Positions 38,054 to 48,357 are shown, counted from the first letter of the stretch. The stretch is DNA of 64,000 nt from Micavibrio sp. (GCA_020718085.1 DYDB01000001.1:47384-111383), one strand, 5' to 3'. Numbers and translations: made by a program. The notes: generated by a model not told the origin, from the letters alone.

Positions 38054-38803
38054 ATGGAAAATATCAACACAGGAGAAAAAAGGGAAGATGTCGTGAAGAT
38101 CACACAACCGATCTATGCAACAGGAGAGCAAATGGAGATCATTGTAAAAGAAAAATTAGCGGAGATGACGTCTGAATTTCAAAAGATCACCTTTGTGGAT
38201 ACAAAAGATTTTGGGCGATGTTTGATCATTGACGATGTGATTCAGACATCAGAAGCAGATCATGAAATTTATGATGCGGAAATGTTAAGTAGAATGAAAC
38301 CAACTGATCGCGATGTTATGATCCTAGGTGGTGGTGATGGATATATCGCTCAAATGGCAATAGCCAAAAATGATCAGGTGCATGTAACGATCGCTGATCT
38401 TGATAGTATGGTGGTGGAGGGATGTAAAAAATATCTCGATCAAAAAGTTTTTGAAGATGAACGGGTAAAATTACACATTGGTGACGCACTTGCGTATATG
38501 CGTGAAAGTGGGCAAGAATATGATGGTGTTGTATGTGATCTGACTGATGCACCGGTGGGCGCCAAAGAACTGGAAGAGTTTGAGAAGTTTTTTGAAGAGG
38601 TGATCATGTTGTCACATAAATGCATACGCAGTGGAGGATGGATGAGCTTTCAATCTGGTGCATCGGAAGTCTCGGAACAATTTATTAATTCTGTCGTTAT
38701 CGTTGAGGCTATTCTCAGGAAATATTTTAGCACTATAGAACGCAGTGACGTCATGATCCCGAGCTATGGAGAAAGTTGTGCATTTCTCTTTGCACAGAAA
38801 TAA
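38054..38803 (+). CDS. Spermidine synthase-like aminopropyltransferase (paralogue of the fused SpeE domain)
   Basis: VMILGGGDGYIAQMA. C-terminal DVMIPSYGESCAFLFAQK matches DVMIPSHGENYAFLFAKK in the upstream gene. Confidence 0.7.
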   Translation: MENINTGEKREDVVKITQPIYATGEQMEIIVKEKLAEMTSEFQKITFVDTKDFGRCLIIDDVIQTSEADHEIYDAEMLSRMKPTDRDVMILGGGDGYIAQMAIAKNDQVHVTIADLDSMVVEGCKKYLDQKVFEDERVKLHIGDALAYMRESGQEYDGVVCDLTDAPVGAKELEEFEKFFEEVIMLSHKCIRSGGWMSFQSGASEVSEQFINSVVIVEAILRKYFSTIERSDVMIPSYGESCAFLFAQK

Positions 38804-38836
38804 TAAACTGATATTAATAATGCACGCATATTTTTC

Positions 38837-40573
38837 ATGAAACGTTCCGCCATACATCTTGCAACGATCAAAAAATATATTCAACCGCAAAAAAATATGT
38901 TTGTGGTGGCATTGGTTTTTGTGTTGATCGAAAATGGTATTCAGTTGATCCTGCCACTTTTCTATGGTAAGTCCGTTGATCTGGTGATCACACAGAAAAG
39001 TTTTTCTATCACTGTTGTTGTGCTCATTGGCAGTTGGTTTGTGTTGAGTCTTGTGAGTGAATGGGCGATGCGTATGCGTGTACGATGGGGTGTGCGCATC
39101 GGATACAGAGTGGGCATAGATATGTTCACGCGATATGTGCGTCACCTGATCCGTTTGCCTCTCTCATTTCATAAGAGTCATAAAACAGGGGAATATATCG
39201 AGCGATTTGATCGCGCGGATGCGTATATGGACCGTGTGATCAATGAGGGAGTGTTGCAAAGTGCGCCACATATTCTCACGTCATTTTTGGCTTTTTGTGT
39301 GATCGTGTGGATCCAGTGGGAATTAGCATTGATCTACTTATTGTTCGTGGCCATATTTGTCATCATAACGATCAACAAAACAAAGCCAATTGTTGCATAC
39401 AACGAGGATATCAGTGAAAAATTGGAAGACATTTATGGAGATGTCTTTGAGCGTACGCCAAATGTTTTTGCGATCAAGGCGCATGGTGCTGAAGAAGATG
39501 AATATGTACAGAATCAAGAAAAATATGAAAAAGTCTACCACTTATTCGATCGGTACACGGGTTTTCTCATGAAATTGCAATTCTGGCAACACGTCATTTT
39601 TTCCACCGGTTTTCTTTTGCTTTTTCTCACGGGATTATATTTTATCACGCGTGACATGGTGACGATCGGACAGTTCATCATGCTTTTGGCATATATCAAT
39701 ATGGCGTCAGCGTCCATTCAAACACTTGGAAGTAATTATAAGGATCTGCAAGAAGGTTTGGTGACGATTGCACGTGCCGAAGAAATTTATCGCGTACCTG
39801 AGGAAAAATATCTCAACCTGCACGCTCAGTCGATGGATCGTTGTGAAGGAAAGATTGAATTTGATCATGTGTATTTTTCATACAAAGATCAAGAGATTCT
39901 CAAAGACGTCAATTTTACGATAAATCCGGGGCAGATGGTGGCGATCGTGGGGAAAAGCGGACAAGGGAAAACAACATTAGTGGATATGATCCCGCGTTTT
40001 CTCATTCCTACGGATGGTGCGGTTCGTGTTGATGGTGTTGATGTGCGTGATATCAAACTGGATGATCTGCGCAAACAAATTGCAATTGTCTCACAAGAGA
40101 ATGGACTCTTTCACGACTCGATCAAAAATAATATCGTTTATGCGCGCAAAAGCGCACGACCGGATGAGGTATTGCGTGTAGCGCGGCAATCGCATTGTCA
40201 TGAGTTTATCCATAAATTACCAAAAAATTATGACACGCTGATTGGTGATCGCGGTGCAAAACTTTCTGCAGGTCAGAGACAACGTTTGTCGATCGCACGT
40301 GCGATCTTGCGTGATCCGCGCATTCTCATTCTCGATGAAGCAACGAGCGCACTGGACAGTGAATCGGAAAAATATATTCAAAACGCAATGGAAGAAGTCA
40401 TGAAAGGACGCACAACAATCGTGATCGCACATCGTCTGAGCACGATCCGCAAAGCAGACCTGATCCTTGTAGTAGAAAATGGACGCATCATAGAGCGTGG
40501 TGATCATGAAGAGCTTATGGACCATGGAGGAGTATATAAAAAACTACATGAATTACAGCATACAGGTGTGTAG
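38837..40573 (+). CDS. ABC exporter, fused permease-ATPase (MsbA/ABCB type)
   Basis: Six-TM N-terminal domain. Walker A GKSGQGKTT, signature LSAGQRQRLSIARAIL, Walker B ILILDEATSALD. Confidence 0.85.
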   Translation: MKRSAIHLATIKKYIQPQKNMFVVALVFVLIENGIQLILPLFYGKSVDLVITQKSFSITVVVLIGSWFVLSLVSEWAMRMRVRWGVRIGYRVGIDMFTRYVRHLIRLPLSFHKSHKTGEYIERFDRADAYMDRVINEGVLQSAPHILTSFLAFCVIVWIQWELALIYLLFVAIFVIITINKTKPIVAYNEDISEKLEDIYGDVFERTPNVFAIKAHGAEEDEYVQNQEKYEKVYHLFDRYTGFLMKLQFWQHVIFSTGFLLLFLTGLYFITRDMVTIGQFIMLLAYINMASASIQTLGSNYKDLQEGLVTIARAEEIYRVPEEKYLNLHAQSMDRCEGKIEFDHVYFSYKDQEILKDVNFTINPGQMVAIVGKSGQGKTTLVDMIPRFLIPTDGAVRVDGVDVRDIKLDDLRKQIAIVSQENGLFHDSIKNNIVYARKSARPDEVLRVARQSHCHEFIHKLPKNYDTLIGDRGAKLSAGQRQRLSIARAILRDPRILILDEATSALDSESEKYIQNAMEEVMKGRTTIVIAHRLSTIRKADLILVVENGRIIERGDHEELMDHGGVYKKLHELQHTGV

Positions 40574-40791
40574 GTTTGTATCATGGCCATTGTAAGAGAA
40601 AAGCATTGTAAAACCCCTATTTTCAAGGGGTTTTTTGTTAAGATTGTGAAAAACCGCATAAATAAAGGGTTTTTTGGATATAAATATTGACAAAAATGTA
40701 ATAATGGTGTATAATAACAATTCAATCGTTTATTTAAAAATTTAATATATAAACCCAAATATCGCCTTCACAAAAAGGCAAAGGAGGCGAT

Positions 40792-41730
40792 ATGCCTACA
40801 GTAATTGATGTCGCAATTGAACTTTTCATTGCCACAACCATGGTGTTGTGTATGATGAGACTGATCCAAAAATGGTCATGGGACAAAGTGATCATGACCA
40901 TGTATTTGGTTTTGATTGCGGTTGTTTTCGGTGACTATGTCACCATCGAATCTATCAAAAATGTGTTGCCAATAATTCTTGATTTTTTGAAAGATTTTGG
41001 TATTCGCATCCTTGCGATCGTTCTCATGATCGCATGTGCTTTACAGATCGCACACCTGGTTGGCATCTTTTTCAAAAGTTGCGTCTGGCAGTTTTTTGTA
41101 AAAGCTTTTCAGGTTACTCTGCAAGTCATCGCTGACATTCATCCATGGGCTGCAAAAGTGGTCGGTGGCATGATGTGGGTAGGCGGTTTGGTCAAAGTTG
41201 CTCTCAGTCATTTTTATGATATCGAGGGTGATGATGAGGCAGAGGAAGTTGTTGATAAAGTACGCGAGCTACATCTTATGAGTTTGTTGTACGATATCAT
41301 CGACTATTGGGCTGCGGGACTCTGTGCTCTGCTGGTGTCATATCTGGCAGAGTATCAATTCACGTATGCTCAAAAATCAGGAATCGTCTGGATTGTGATC
41401 GATGTTCCCTTTGCGTTGAGTGCTTTATACGGATGCTTTAAATCCGGTAAAGATCTCACGTGGGGTGAGGCACACAGACGAGCTCATGATGGCGTATACG
41501 CATACAACCGTATCGCAGGATGGATCTACAGGGTCGTCCAGCATGTGGTTGGCACCATTTGGGATGGACCGGAGCAGATTGCAATATTTTATGCGCAAGA
41601 ACTCAGGACCAAAACCAAGATGGTTATGCTCGCCATCGCCCTGAGTATTCCTCAAGCTGCATTTTGGGCTTGGGCGTACACACTTGGAAACGATGCGATT
41701 ATCGTTCGTTTTCTCGAGTGGCTCGGTTAG
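40792..41730 (+). CDS. Hypothetical polytopic membrane protein
   Basis: RBS aaaggagg. Multiple TM helices. No motifs. Confidence 0.5.
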   Translation: MPTVIDVAIELFIATTMVLCMMRLIQKWSWDKVIMTMYLVLIAVVFGDYVTIESIKNVLPIILDFLKDFGIRILAIVLMIACALQIAHLVGIFFKSCVWQFFVKAFQVTLQVIADIHPWAAKVVGGMMWVGGLVKVALSHFYDIEGDDEAEEVVDKVRELHLMSLLYDIIDYWAAGLCALLVSYLAEYQFTYAQKSGIVWIVIDVPFALSALYGCFKSGKDLTWGEAHRRAHDGVYAYNRIAGWIYRVVQHVVGTIWDGPEQIAIFYAQELRTKTKMVMLAIALSIPQAAFWAWAYTLGNDAIIVRFLEWLG

Positions 41731-41746
41731 ATTGATAGAGGCGTTT

Positions 41747-41780
41747 GTTTTATAAAAAACAGACGCCTCTTTACTTTTTT
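41747..41780 (+). terminator. Rho-independent terminator
   Basis: agaggcgt ... acgcctct stem followed by ttactttttt. Confidence 0.7.
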
Positions 41781-41841
41781 AGATAACATAAAAAACAAAA
41801 ATATGTTATACTGTTAAAAAGTATTAAGAATATTTTTATAT

Positions 41842-42372
41842 ATGCAAAGAAGAACATATTCTTGGATGAATCCATCAGTCGAAGTGCGAGAAACATTAGA
41901 GACGGGCAGAGGGATTTTTGCAATAAAAAATATTAGTAAGGGAGATTTGATCTCTGTGTTTGGTGGGTATGTGATAACACGTGCTGAGGAGCTTGAGCTG
42001 CCTGATGAATTTAATGACGAAGGTGTTCAAATTAGTGAGGATTTAATTTTGGGCATAAAAAGTGAAGCGGATCTTGAAGATGCGAGCTATATTAATCACA
42101 GTTGTAATCCAAACGCTGGATATAATGGACAAATATTTCTTGTGGCGATGCATGATATCAAAAATGGTGAGGAGATTACATTTGATTATGCGATGTGCTT
42201 ATATCAGTCAGAAAATGAAAAAAAGTATTCTTTTAAATGTTTCTGTGGAGCATTAAATTGTCGGAAAATTATTACAGACAATGATTGGAAAATTCCTGAG
42301 TTACAAAAAAAATATGATGGCTATTTCCAATGGTTTTTACAAAAGAGGATTAATGATAAGAATGATAACTAG
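41842..42372 (+). CDS. SET-domain protein (putative protein lysine methyltransferase)
   Basis: GRGIFA...NHSCNPNAGY...EEITFDY. Post-SET cysteines CFCGALNC. 176 aa. AT-rich, codon-shifted region. Confidence 0.8.
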   Translation: MQRRTYSWMNPSVEVRETLETGRGIFAIKNISKGDLISVFGGYVITRAEELELPDEFNDEGVQISEDLILGIKSEADLEDASYINHSCNPNAGYNGQIFLVAMHDIKNGEEITFDYAMCLYQSENEKKYSFKCFCGALNCRKIITDNDWKIPELQKKYDGYFQWFLQKRINDKNDN

Positions 42373-42378
42373 TTGTGT

Positions 42379-43134
42379 ATGAATGTCTATACGAACATCG
42401 ATGATGCTTCTTTGGAAATAAAAAACAGATGGAATAATGATGGTTTGAAAAAAAAAGTTTTGGAATATTTTGATGGAGATTTGCCTAAAACATTTTGTGA
42501 GCCACGTGCTGTACTAAGTCGCAATATTGCCACTCCGGATATTGAATGTGTGCATTTTTTTAACTTGGCAAAAAAGATTGGATTATTGCCAATTATTTGT
42601 GAAGGTGTTGGTGATAAATTTTCATCTGCGAGTTCTGATAAAGTTGGGCTTGTAAAATTAAATTTTTTTGACGGTTATGATAAAAACCATCAGTTGTTAA
42701 GACATCATAAAAAAATTATTGACATACCTTCAAATGATGGTAAAAAGTTCAATGTAATTAATACATTATGGGGTGAAAATCTAGTCGATTTTCACCATCG
42801 AATATTAAAAGAATATTTACATGAAAGTGTTGACTTATTTGATGATTTTGACTGGTTTCATAAAATTGGCATGAAAACAACAATTGGTGAATATTACAAA
42901 AATTTTTTTGTTTTTTTTGTATGTCATGGGGTATTATTTGAAAATTTTGTCACTGATGCAGAGGAATTGGAATTCTTTGATAAAATAGTTCAACCAGCAT
43001 TTGAATATATCGAAAGTTATTTTGGTGTAAAACCTCTCATTGTGGAACTTGCTCCTCATGATCAAGCTAATAACCCATATTGGTGGTGCTATCCGTCAGA
43101 TGTAGAAAAATATATTTTAAAAGTAGATATGTAA
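42379..43134 (+). CDS. Hypothetical protein (no recognisable domain) immediately downstream of the SET gene
   Basis: ATG 7 nt after the SET stop. About 251 aa, soluble, His-rich patches (HHKK, FHHRI). Confidence 0.5.
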   Translation: MNVYTNIDDASLEIKNRWNNDGLKKKVLEYFDGDLPKTFCEPRAVLSRNIATPDIECVHFFNLAKKIGLLPIICEGVGDKFSSASSDKVGLVKLNFFDGYDKNHQLLRHHKKIIDIPSNDGKKFNVINTLWGENLVDFHHRILKEYLHESVDLFDDFDWFHKIGMKTTIGEYYKNFFVFFVCHGVLFENFVTDAEELEFFDKIVQPAFEYIESYFGVKPLIVELAPHDQANNPYWWCYPSDVEKYILKVDM

Positions 43135-43144
43135 AATAAAAAAT

Positions 43145-44791
43145 ATGGACTATAATTATATTACGAATATCAAGTCTTGTCACATTGCTATTCCACACCT
43201 CTTACATTATTCTCATATCCCAACCATTTGCATAGCAATGTTTTTTGCGATCTTTATTCTTACAAAGAATCGCACTCTTGTTTCCTATGTATTTTTTTTC
43301 ATGGTCTCGAGTTTCTCTTTGTGGGTTATGGGAAGCTACATAACTTGGATTGGAACAGATGGCTCATATATAATGTTTTCCTGGGCGACGCTAGCCATCT
43401 TTGATGTTTTGATGTATCTCTCAAGTGTATATTTTGTGTACCTTTTTATTGATGGAAAAGATATTTCTTATTTTAAGAAAGTGATTTTATTGATTCTTTT
43501 TATCCCAGTATTATTTCTTTTCACAACATCAATAAACTTAAAAAGTTTTAATTTAATGGAATGTGAAGCAACAGAGAGTTATTTTAACAGCTATGTTTAC
43601 TTTGTGGAAATCATCTCAGTGTTATGGATAATCTTTATTGTTATTAACCGATACTTTCGATCTACATCTGAATTGCGCCGTAAAATAGCTTTCTTGTCCG
43701 TTGGATTAGTCTTCTTTTTAGCCGTGTATTTTCTTCTTGGTTTATTGGCTGCACAAGATATCCTTCCATATTCTTTTGAATTTTATGCACTTTTTGGCAT
43801 GGATGTTTTTATAGCAGTAATGGCATATTTAATTGTGCAATATGGTGCAATGGACATCAAGCTTGCGCGGGCACAAGCTCTTGTATGGTCTCTCATTTTA
43901 CTCATCGGTGCGCAGTTTTTCTTTATTCGCAATCCGACCAATCAAGTGCTTAACAGTATCGCATTTGTTTTGGTGTGTTTTATCGGGTATGGTGTGGTGA
44001 AGAGCGTGAGGCGTGAAGAGCAGCAGAATGACAGGCTCATTCATTTTTCCAAGGAATTGACGCGTGCCAATGCAGAGTTAAAACGTTTGGATAGTGCAAA
44101 GTCGGAGTTTATTTCAATTGCGTCGCATCAATTGCGCACACCGCTTACGGCGATCAAAGGATATATCTCACTGATCTTGGAGGGGGCATATGGACAAAAT
44201 GCAGACAAAACCGATGATGCGCTCAACAAAATTTTCTTGGCAAATGAGCGTCTCATTCAACTGGTAGAAGACATGCTCAATCTTACGCGTATTGAATCGG
44301 GGAGATTGGATTATCACTTGGAAGATAATGTGCAAGTGGAAGATATCTTGTCTGAACTCAAGGATATGTTTATTTTGCGTACACAGGATAAAAATTTGGA
44401 CTTTGTCATTGATACGGGAGACACGCAATTACCGCCGATTAAAGCGGATAAATCCAAATTGCGTGAAGTAATTTCAAACTTGATCGACAATGCGATCAAA
44501 TATACCAAGGAAGGCTTCATTCATGTTTCAGCACAGAAAGATGGCAGTATCGTACGCGTCACGATCGCTGACTCCGGCATGGGCATCTCCGAAGAATCAC
44601 TCAAAACACTTTTTGCCAAATTTTCTCGTGGAACCGATTCGACCAAGGTATACACCGACGGTTCGGGCTTGGGACTCTATGTGGGTAAAAATTTGATCGA
44701 ATCACAGGGTGGGCACATCTACGCAGAATCCGATGGTGTAAACAAAGGCTCTCGCTTCATCGTAGAAATGCCAATTGCAAAAGGAAATTAG
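43145..44791 (+). CDS. Sensor histidine kinase (polytopic membrane sensor, orphan)
   Basis: About 6-7 N-terminal TM helices. H-box FISIASHQLRTPL, N-box ISNLIDNAIKYT, G1 DSGMGI, G2 GSGLGLYV. No response regulator nearby. Confidence 0.85.
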   Translation: MDYNYITNIKSCHIAIPHLLHYSHIPTICIAMFFAIFILTKNRTLVSYVFFFMVSSFSLWVMGSYITWIGTDGSYIMFSWATLAIFDVLMYLSSVYFVYLFIDGKDISYFKKVILLILFIPVLFLFTTSINLKSFNLMECEATESYFNSYVYFVEIISVLWIIFIVINRYFRSTSELRRKIAFLSVGLVFFLAVYFLLGLLAAQDILPYSFEFYALFGMDVFIAVMAYLIVQYGAMDIKLARAQALVWSLILLIGAQFFFIRNPTNQVLNSIAFVLVCFIGYGVVKSVRREEQQNDRLIHFSKELTRANAELKRLDSAKSEFISIASHQLRTPLTAIKGYISLILEGAYGQNADKTDDALNKIFLANERLIQLVEDMLNLTRIESGRLDYHLEDNVQVEDILSELKDMFILRTQDKNLDFVIDTGDTQLPPIKADKSKLREVISNLIDNAIKYTKEGFIHVSAQKDGSIVRVTIADSGMGISEESLKTLFAKFSRGTDSTKVYTDGSGLGLYVGKNLIESQGGHIYAESDGVNKGSRFIVEMPIAKGN

Positions 44792-44829
44792 TCTCAATAG
44801 GTAAATAAGAATGGAGAAATAACAATATT

Positions 44830-44856
44830 ATCCCGCACTTCTTGCGGGATTTTTCC
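44830..44856 (+). terminator. Rho-independent terminator
   Basis: tcccgca-cttctt-gcggga followed by ttttt. Confidence 0.7.
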
Positions 44857-44941
44857 TTATGGTCTATAGTTTATGTTCTGAAATTTATTCAGGATGATAT
44901 ATAATATCCGCGATCTCTTTTGAAATGCTACCAAGGTGAAT

Positions 44942-44970
44942 TTGACAAAAAATGGAAAAAGCGATACTAT
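44942..44970 (+). promoter_or_regulatory. Sigma70-type promoter upstream of secE-nusG (TTGACA-17-TACTAT)
   Basis: TTGACA at 44942-44947, a 17-nt spacer, and TACTAT at 44965-44970. Confidence 0.45.
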
Positions 44971-45016
44971 GGTGATGTATCTAGAGCCCGAGGGGGCTTT
45001 TTAAAATCCACGAAAT

Positions 45017-45202
45017 ATGGAGAAAATCACACAATTTTTGCGGGAAGCGTATGGTGAATTGAGACGCGTTTCATGGCCATCACGCGAACAAACGATCCAG
45101 TACACAACTCTTGTGGTTGTGATCAGTATTGGTATAGCGCTCTTTTTGGGTCTTTTGGACTATTTGTTCAGTGACATCATAAAGAATGTGATCATCAAAT
45201 AA
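45017..45202 (+). CDS. secE: Preprotein translocase subunit SecE
   Basis: 61 aa with a single C-terminal TM. Position upstream of nusG-rplK-rplA. FLREAYGELRRVSWPSREQ motif. Confidence 0.8.
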   Translation: MEKITQFLREAYGELRRVSWPSREQTIQYTTLVVVISIGIALFLGLLDYLFSDIIKNVIIK

Positions 45203-45241
45203 AAAATTTTTAAGTAATTTGTATCGTAATATTTAGCATAT

Positions 45242-45787
45242 ATGGCAAAACAAACGCAACATCACGGTATAGCGTGGTATGTTCTTCATACATATTCCGG
45301 TTACGAGGATAATGTGGCCCGCAATTTGCGACAACGTATCGAGTCCATGGACATGCAAGATTTTATCTTTGATGTGATCGTGCCGGTGGAAAAAAAGATC
45401 AAGATCAAAAACAGCAAACGTGTAACAGTTGAAGAAAAGATCTATCCCGGATACGTTTTGGTTCAGATGGTGGTAACAGATGCATCATGGTATGTGGTAC
45501 GTAATACGCCAAATGTGACTGGATTTATCGGATTGGGCACAACGCCAACGCCGGTAGATGCAAATGAAATTCTCTCGATCAAGAAAAAAATGGGACAAAA
45601 CGAACCGCGATATCGTATTGACGTGAAAAAGGGAGAGAGTATAAAGATCGTCGATGGTCCGTTCAAAGATTTTGATGGTGAGGTAAAAGAAATTGATGAG
45701 GCAAAAGGAAAAGTGAAGGTACTCGTTCTCGTATTTGGTCGCGAAACACCGGTAGAATTGGACTTCCTCCAGATCAAAAAAATATAA
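45242..45787 (+). CDS. nusG: Transcription termination/antitermination factor NusG
   Basis: NGN domain WYVLHTYSGYE. KOW domain KIVDGPFKDFDGEV. Confidence 0.9.
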   Translation: MAKQTQHHGIAWYVLHTYSGYEDNVARNLRQRIESMDMQDFIFDVIVPVEKKIKIKNSKRVTVEEKIYPGYVLVQMVVTDASWYVVRNTPNVTGFIGLGTTPTPVDANEILSIKKKMGQNEPRYRIDVKKGESIKIVDGPFKDFDGEVKEIDEAKGKVKVLVLVFGRETPVELDFLQIKKI

Positions 45788-45842
45788 TATATCTAAACCT
45801 AACTACTTACTACGCACACTACTAACTACTAACTAATATATT

Positions 45843-46271
45843 ATGGCAGTAAAGAAAATCAAGACAGTGATCAAATTGCAGATCCAGGCAGGCAAAGCAA
45901 ATCCAGCTCCTCCAGTGGGACCGGCATTGGGTCAACACGGACTCAACATTCAGGATTTTTGTATGCAATTCAATGAGGCATCCAAAGAGCGCATGGGTGA
46001 TGTCGTTCCAGTTGAGATCACAGTATATGAAGATCGCACTTTCAGTTTTGAGATGAAGACATCTCCTGCATCAGAATTGCTCAAAAAAGCAGCTGGTGCA
46101 CAAAAAGGCGCAAGTAATCCTGTGACAGATAAGGTAGGTAAGGTGACAAAAGCACAGGTACGTGAAATTGCTGAGGTGAAGATGGTAGATCTCAATGCAG
46201 CAAGTGTGGAAGCAGCGATGAAGATCATTGAAGGCACAGCACGCTCAATGGGCATCACTGTGGAAGAATAA
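45843..46271 (+). CDS. rplK: 50S ribosomal protein L11
   Basis: [28 protein letters not shown] is the L11 signature. Confidence 0.95.
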   Translation: MAVKKIKTVIKLQIQAGKANPAPPVGPALGQHGLNIQDFCMQFNEASKERMGDVVPVEITVYEDRTFSFEMKTSPASELLKKAAGAQKGASNPVTDKVGKVTKAQVREIAEVKMVDLNAASVEAAMKIIEGTARSMGITVEE

Positions 46272-46386
46272 TATTTGAATGAAGAATTAATAATGAAGAA
46301 TGAATAACATTTTTCACTATTAATTATTAATTGTTAATTAATTTCGTGGGAGAGTTGTATGACTCGTATGTACCACAAAAAATACT

Positions 46387-47058
46387 ATGAAAAGAAGCAA
46401 ACGATATAACAGTGCAATGGAGAAACGCACAAGTGAAAAAATGATCTTGGTAGACGCGGTAACTTTTGTGAAAGAAAGTGCTAAAGCAAAGTTTGATGAG
46501 TCAATTGAAGTGCATGTACGTCTCAATATTGACGCACGCAAGGGCGAACAAGCAGTGCGCGGTAGCGTTTCTTTGCCAAACGGCATCGGAAAGTCTGTAC
46601 GTGTTGGTGTGATCACAGAGGACAAAAAAGATGAGGCTCTCAAAGCAGGTGCAGATGTTGTCGGCGGACAAGAATTGATCGACAAGATCAAAGCCGGTGC
46701 GTTGCCAGAAGTGGATATTCTCGTGGCAACACCTGATATGATGCCAAAACTTGCGCCGGCAGCTCGTATCCTTGGACCACGTGGTCTCATGCCAAGTCCA
46801 AAAACAGATACAGTAACGTCAAATGTAGGTGAAGCGGTAGAATCTCTCAAAAAAGGTAAGGCAAATTTCAAAAATGACAACTCCGGTAATGTGCATCAAG
46901 TGATCGGTAAAGCGTCTTTCGATGCAGAAAAACTTACACAAAATTATACAGCATTCATTGATGCAATAAAATTGTGTCGCAATGAAGCACATAAAGGACA
47001 ATTTATCGCATCGATCAGTATGTGTTCAACGATGGGTCCAGCAGTGGTCATTGAATAA
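46387..47058 (+). CDS. rplA: 50S ribosomal protein L1
   Basis: Full-length similarity to L1 (VHVRLNIDARKGEQAVRGSVSLPNG...). Position after rplK. Confidence 0.95.
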   Translation: MKRSKRYNSAMEKRTSEKMILVDAVTFVKESAKAKFDESIEVHVRLNIDARKGEQAVRGSVSLPNGIGKSVRVGVITEDKKDEALKAGADVVGGQELIDKIKAGALPEVDILVATPDMMPKLAPAARILGPRGLMPSPKTDTVTSNVGEAVESLKKGKANFKNDNSGNVHQVIGKASFDAEKLTQNYTAFIDAIKLCRNEAHKGQFIASISMCSTMGPAVVIE

Positions 47059-47182
47059 TATTACACATTTTACAAAAATGTCTGCAGAATATTTCTGTGG
47101 ACTTTTTTGTTGGAATGGTATATACTTTTCAAGTAAAACTTGCATGTACGGCAAAACATAATTATTAAATATATTACACTTT

Positions 47183-47752
47183 ATGCACAAAGGAAAAATC
47201 ATTCTTGGATTAGTGGGAGAAACCGGAAGTGGAAAAGATACGGTTGCGCATTATCTTGATAGACGGTACAACGTGGAATTGTTACGATTCAGTCGTCCAC
47301 TCAAAAAGACTCTCGATCTTTTCTTTGAGCAATCTTCCAAAGAAGATCAGGCATGGTTGTATTTGGTGTTTAAAGAGCGATTTGGTGAAGATGTTTTACA
47401 TAAAGGTGTTGCGCGATATATTGCACAGCATGACGGCATTATGTGTGTCAATGGCATGCGCATGATGATGGATCTGGATTTTATTCGTTCATTCGAAAAC
47501 AATTATATTATTTACGTAACAGCTGATCAGAAATTACGTTGGAAACGTACGGCAAGTCGCGGAGAGAAATCCGATGATGATCAGACATTTGAAGAATTTC
47601 AAAAATTTGAAGCTGCAGCAGAAACGGAACAGGCGATTCCGGCGATTGGAAAAAATGCAGATTTTGTCGTACGCAATGAAGGTACGATGGATGAGCTTCT
47701 TTGGCAGGTAGATGATGTGATGAAGACCATCTTGAAAAGTCAATCAAAATAA
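47183..47752 (+). CDS. P-loop kinase, T4 gp1-like dNMP kinase family (paralogue A)
   Basis: GLVGETGSGKDT P-loop resembles the T4 dNMP kinase SGKDT loop. Paralogous to 48358-48909. Confidence 0.5.
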   Translation: MHKGKIILGLVGETGSGKDTVAHYLDRRYNVELLRFSRPLKKTLDLFFEQSSKEDQAWLYLVFKERFGEDVLHKGVARYIAQHDGIMCVNGMRMMMDLDFIRSFENNYIIYVTADQKLRWKRTASRGEKSDDDQTFEEFQKFEAAAETEQAIPAIGKNADFVVRNEGTMDELLWQVDDVMKTILKSQSK

Positions 47753-47770
47753 TTATATTAAATCAATCTT

Positions 47771-48268
47771 ATGAAAAAAAGCGTAAAAAAACATAAGAGA
47801 GCAACATGGGATGAGTATTTTCTAAATCTTGTGGAGTTGGTGGGTTCACGAGGCACATGTGATCGTGGGCGCAGTGGTTGTGTTGTAGTAAAAGATAAAA
47901 GAATTATTGCGACAGGGTATGTGGGTTCTCCTATGGGTATCGGACATTGTGATGAGTTGGGACATGAGATGCATACAGTGGTGCAAGAAAACGGTGAAAC
48001 ATCACAGCATTGCATTCGCACTACGCATGCAGAGCAGAATGCAATTGTTAATGCGGCACGATTTGGAACAGCGCTAGATGGTGCAACGTTGTATTGTCAT
48101 ATGACACCATGTTATGTATGTGCAAAAATGATTATCAACGCCGGTATAAAAAAAGTTGTTTGTAACAAGGATTATCATAAAGGACAGAGAAGTAAAGAAA
48201 TATTCAAAGAAGCGGGAGTTGATTACGTGTTGATTAACGAGGAAACTGAAACATATAAAAACATGTAA
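47771..48268 (+). CDS. dCMP deaminase (CMP/dCMP-type zinc deaminase)
   Basis: HAEQNAI and PCYVCAKMI zinc-binding motifs. Confidence 0.8.
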   Translation: MKKSVKKHKRATWDEYFLNLVELVGSRGTCDRGRSGCVVVKDKRIIATGYVGSPMGIGHCDELGHEMHTVVQENGETSQHCIRTTHAEQNAIVNAARFGTALDGATLYCHMTPCYVCAKMIINAGIKKVVCNKDYHKGQRSKEIFKEAGVDYVLINEETETYKNM

Positions 48269-48357
48269 TGTTTGATCTTCTAATAACTGTAAATCATAAA
48301 GAATAATCGGATATCGACTAAAGCTTTATAACTTTATAAACTTTTAACTTAGAAAAT

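Noticed and set aside
46338-46880. Minus-strand 180-aa ORF antisense to rplA
   Set aside because: It is internal to the L1 gene and has Ala/Ser/Arg-rich composition without motifs.
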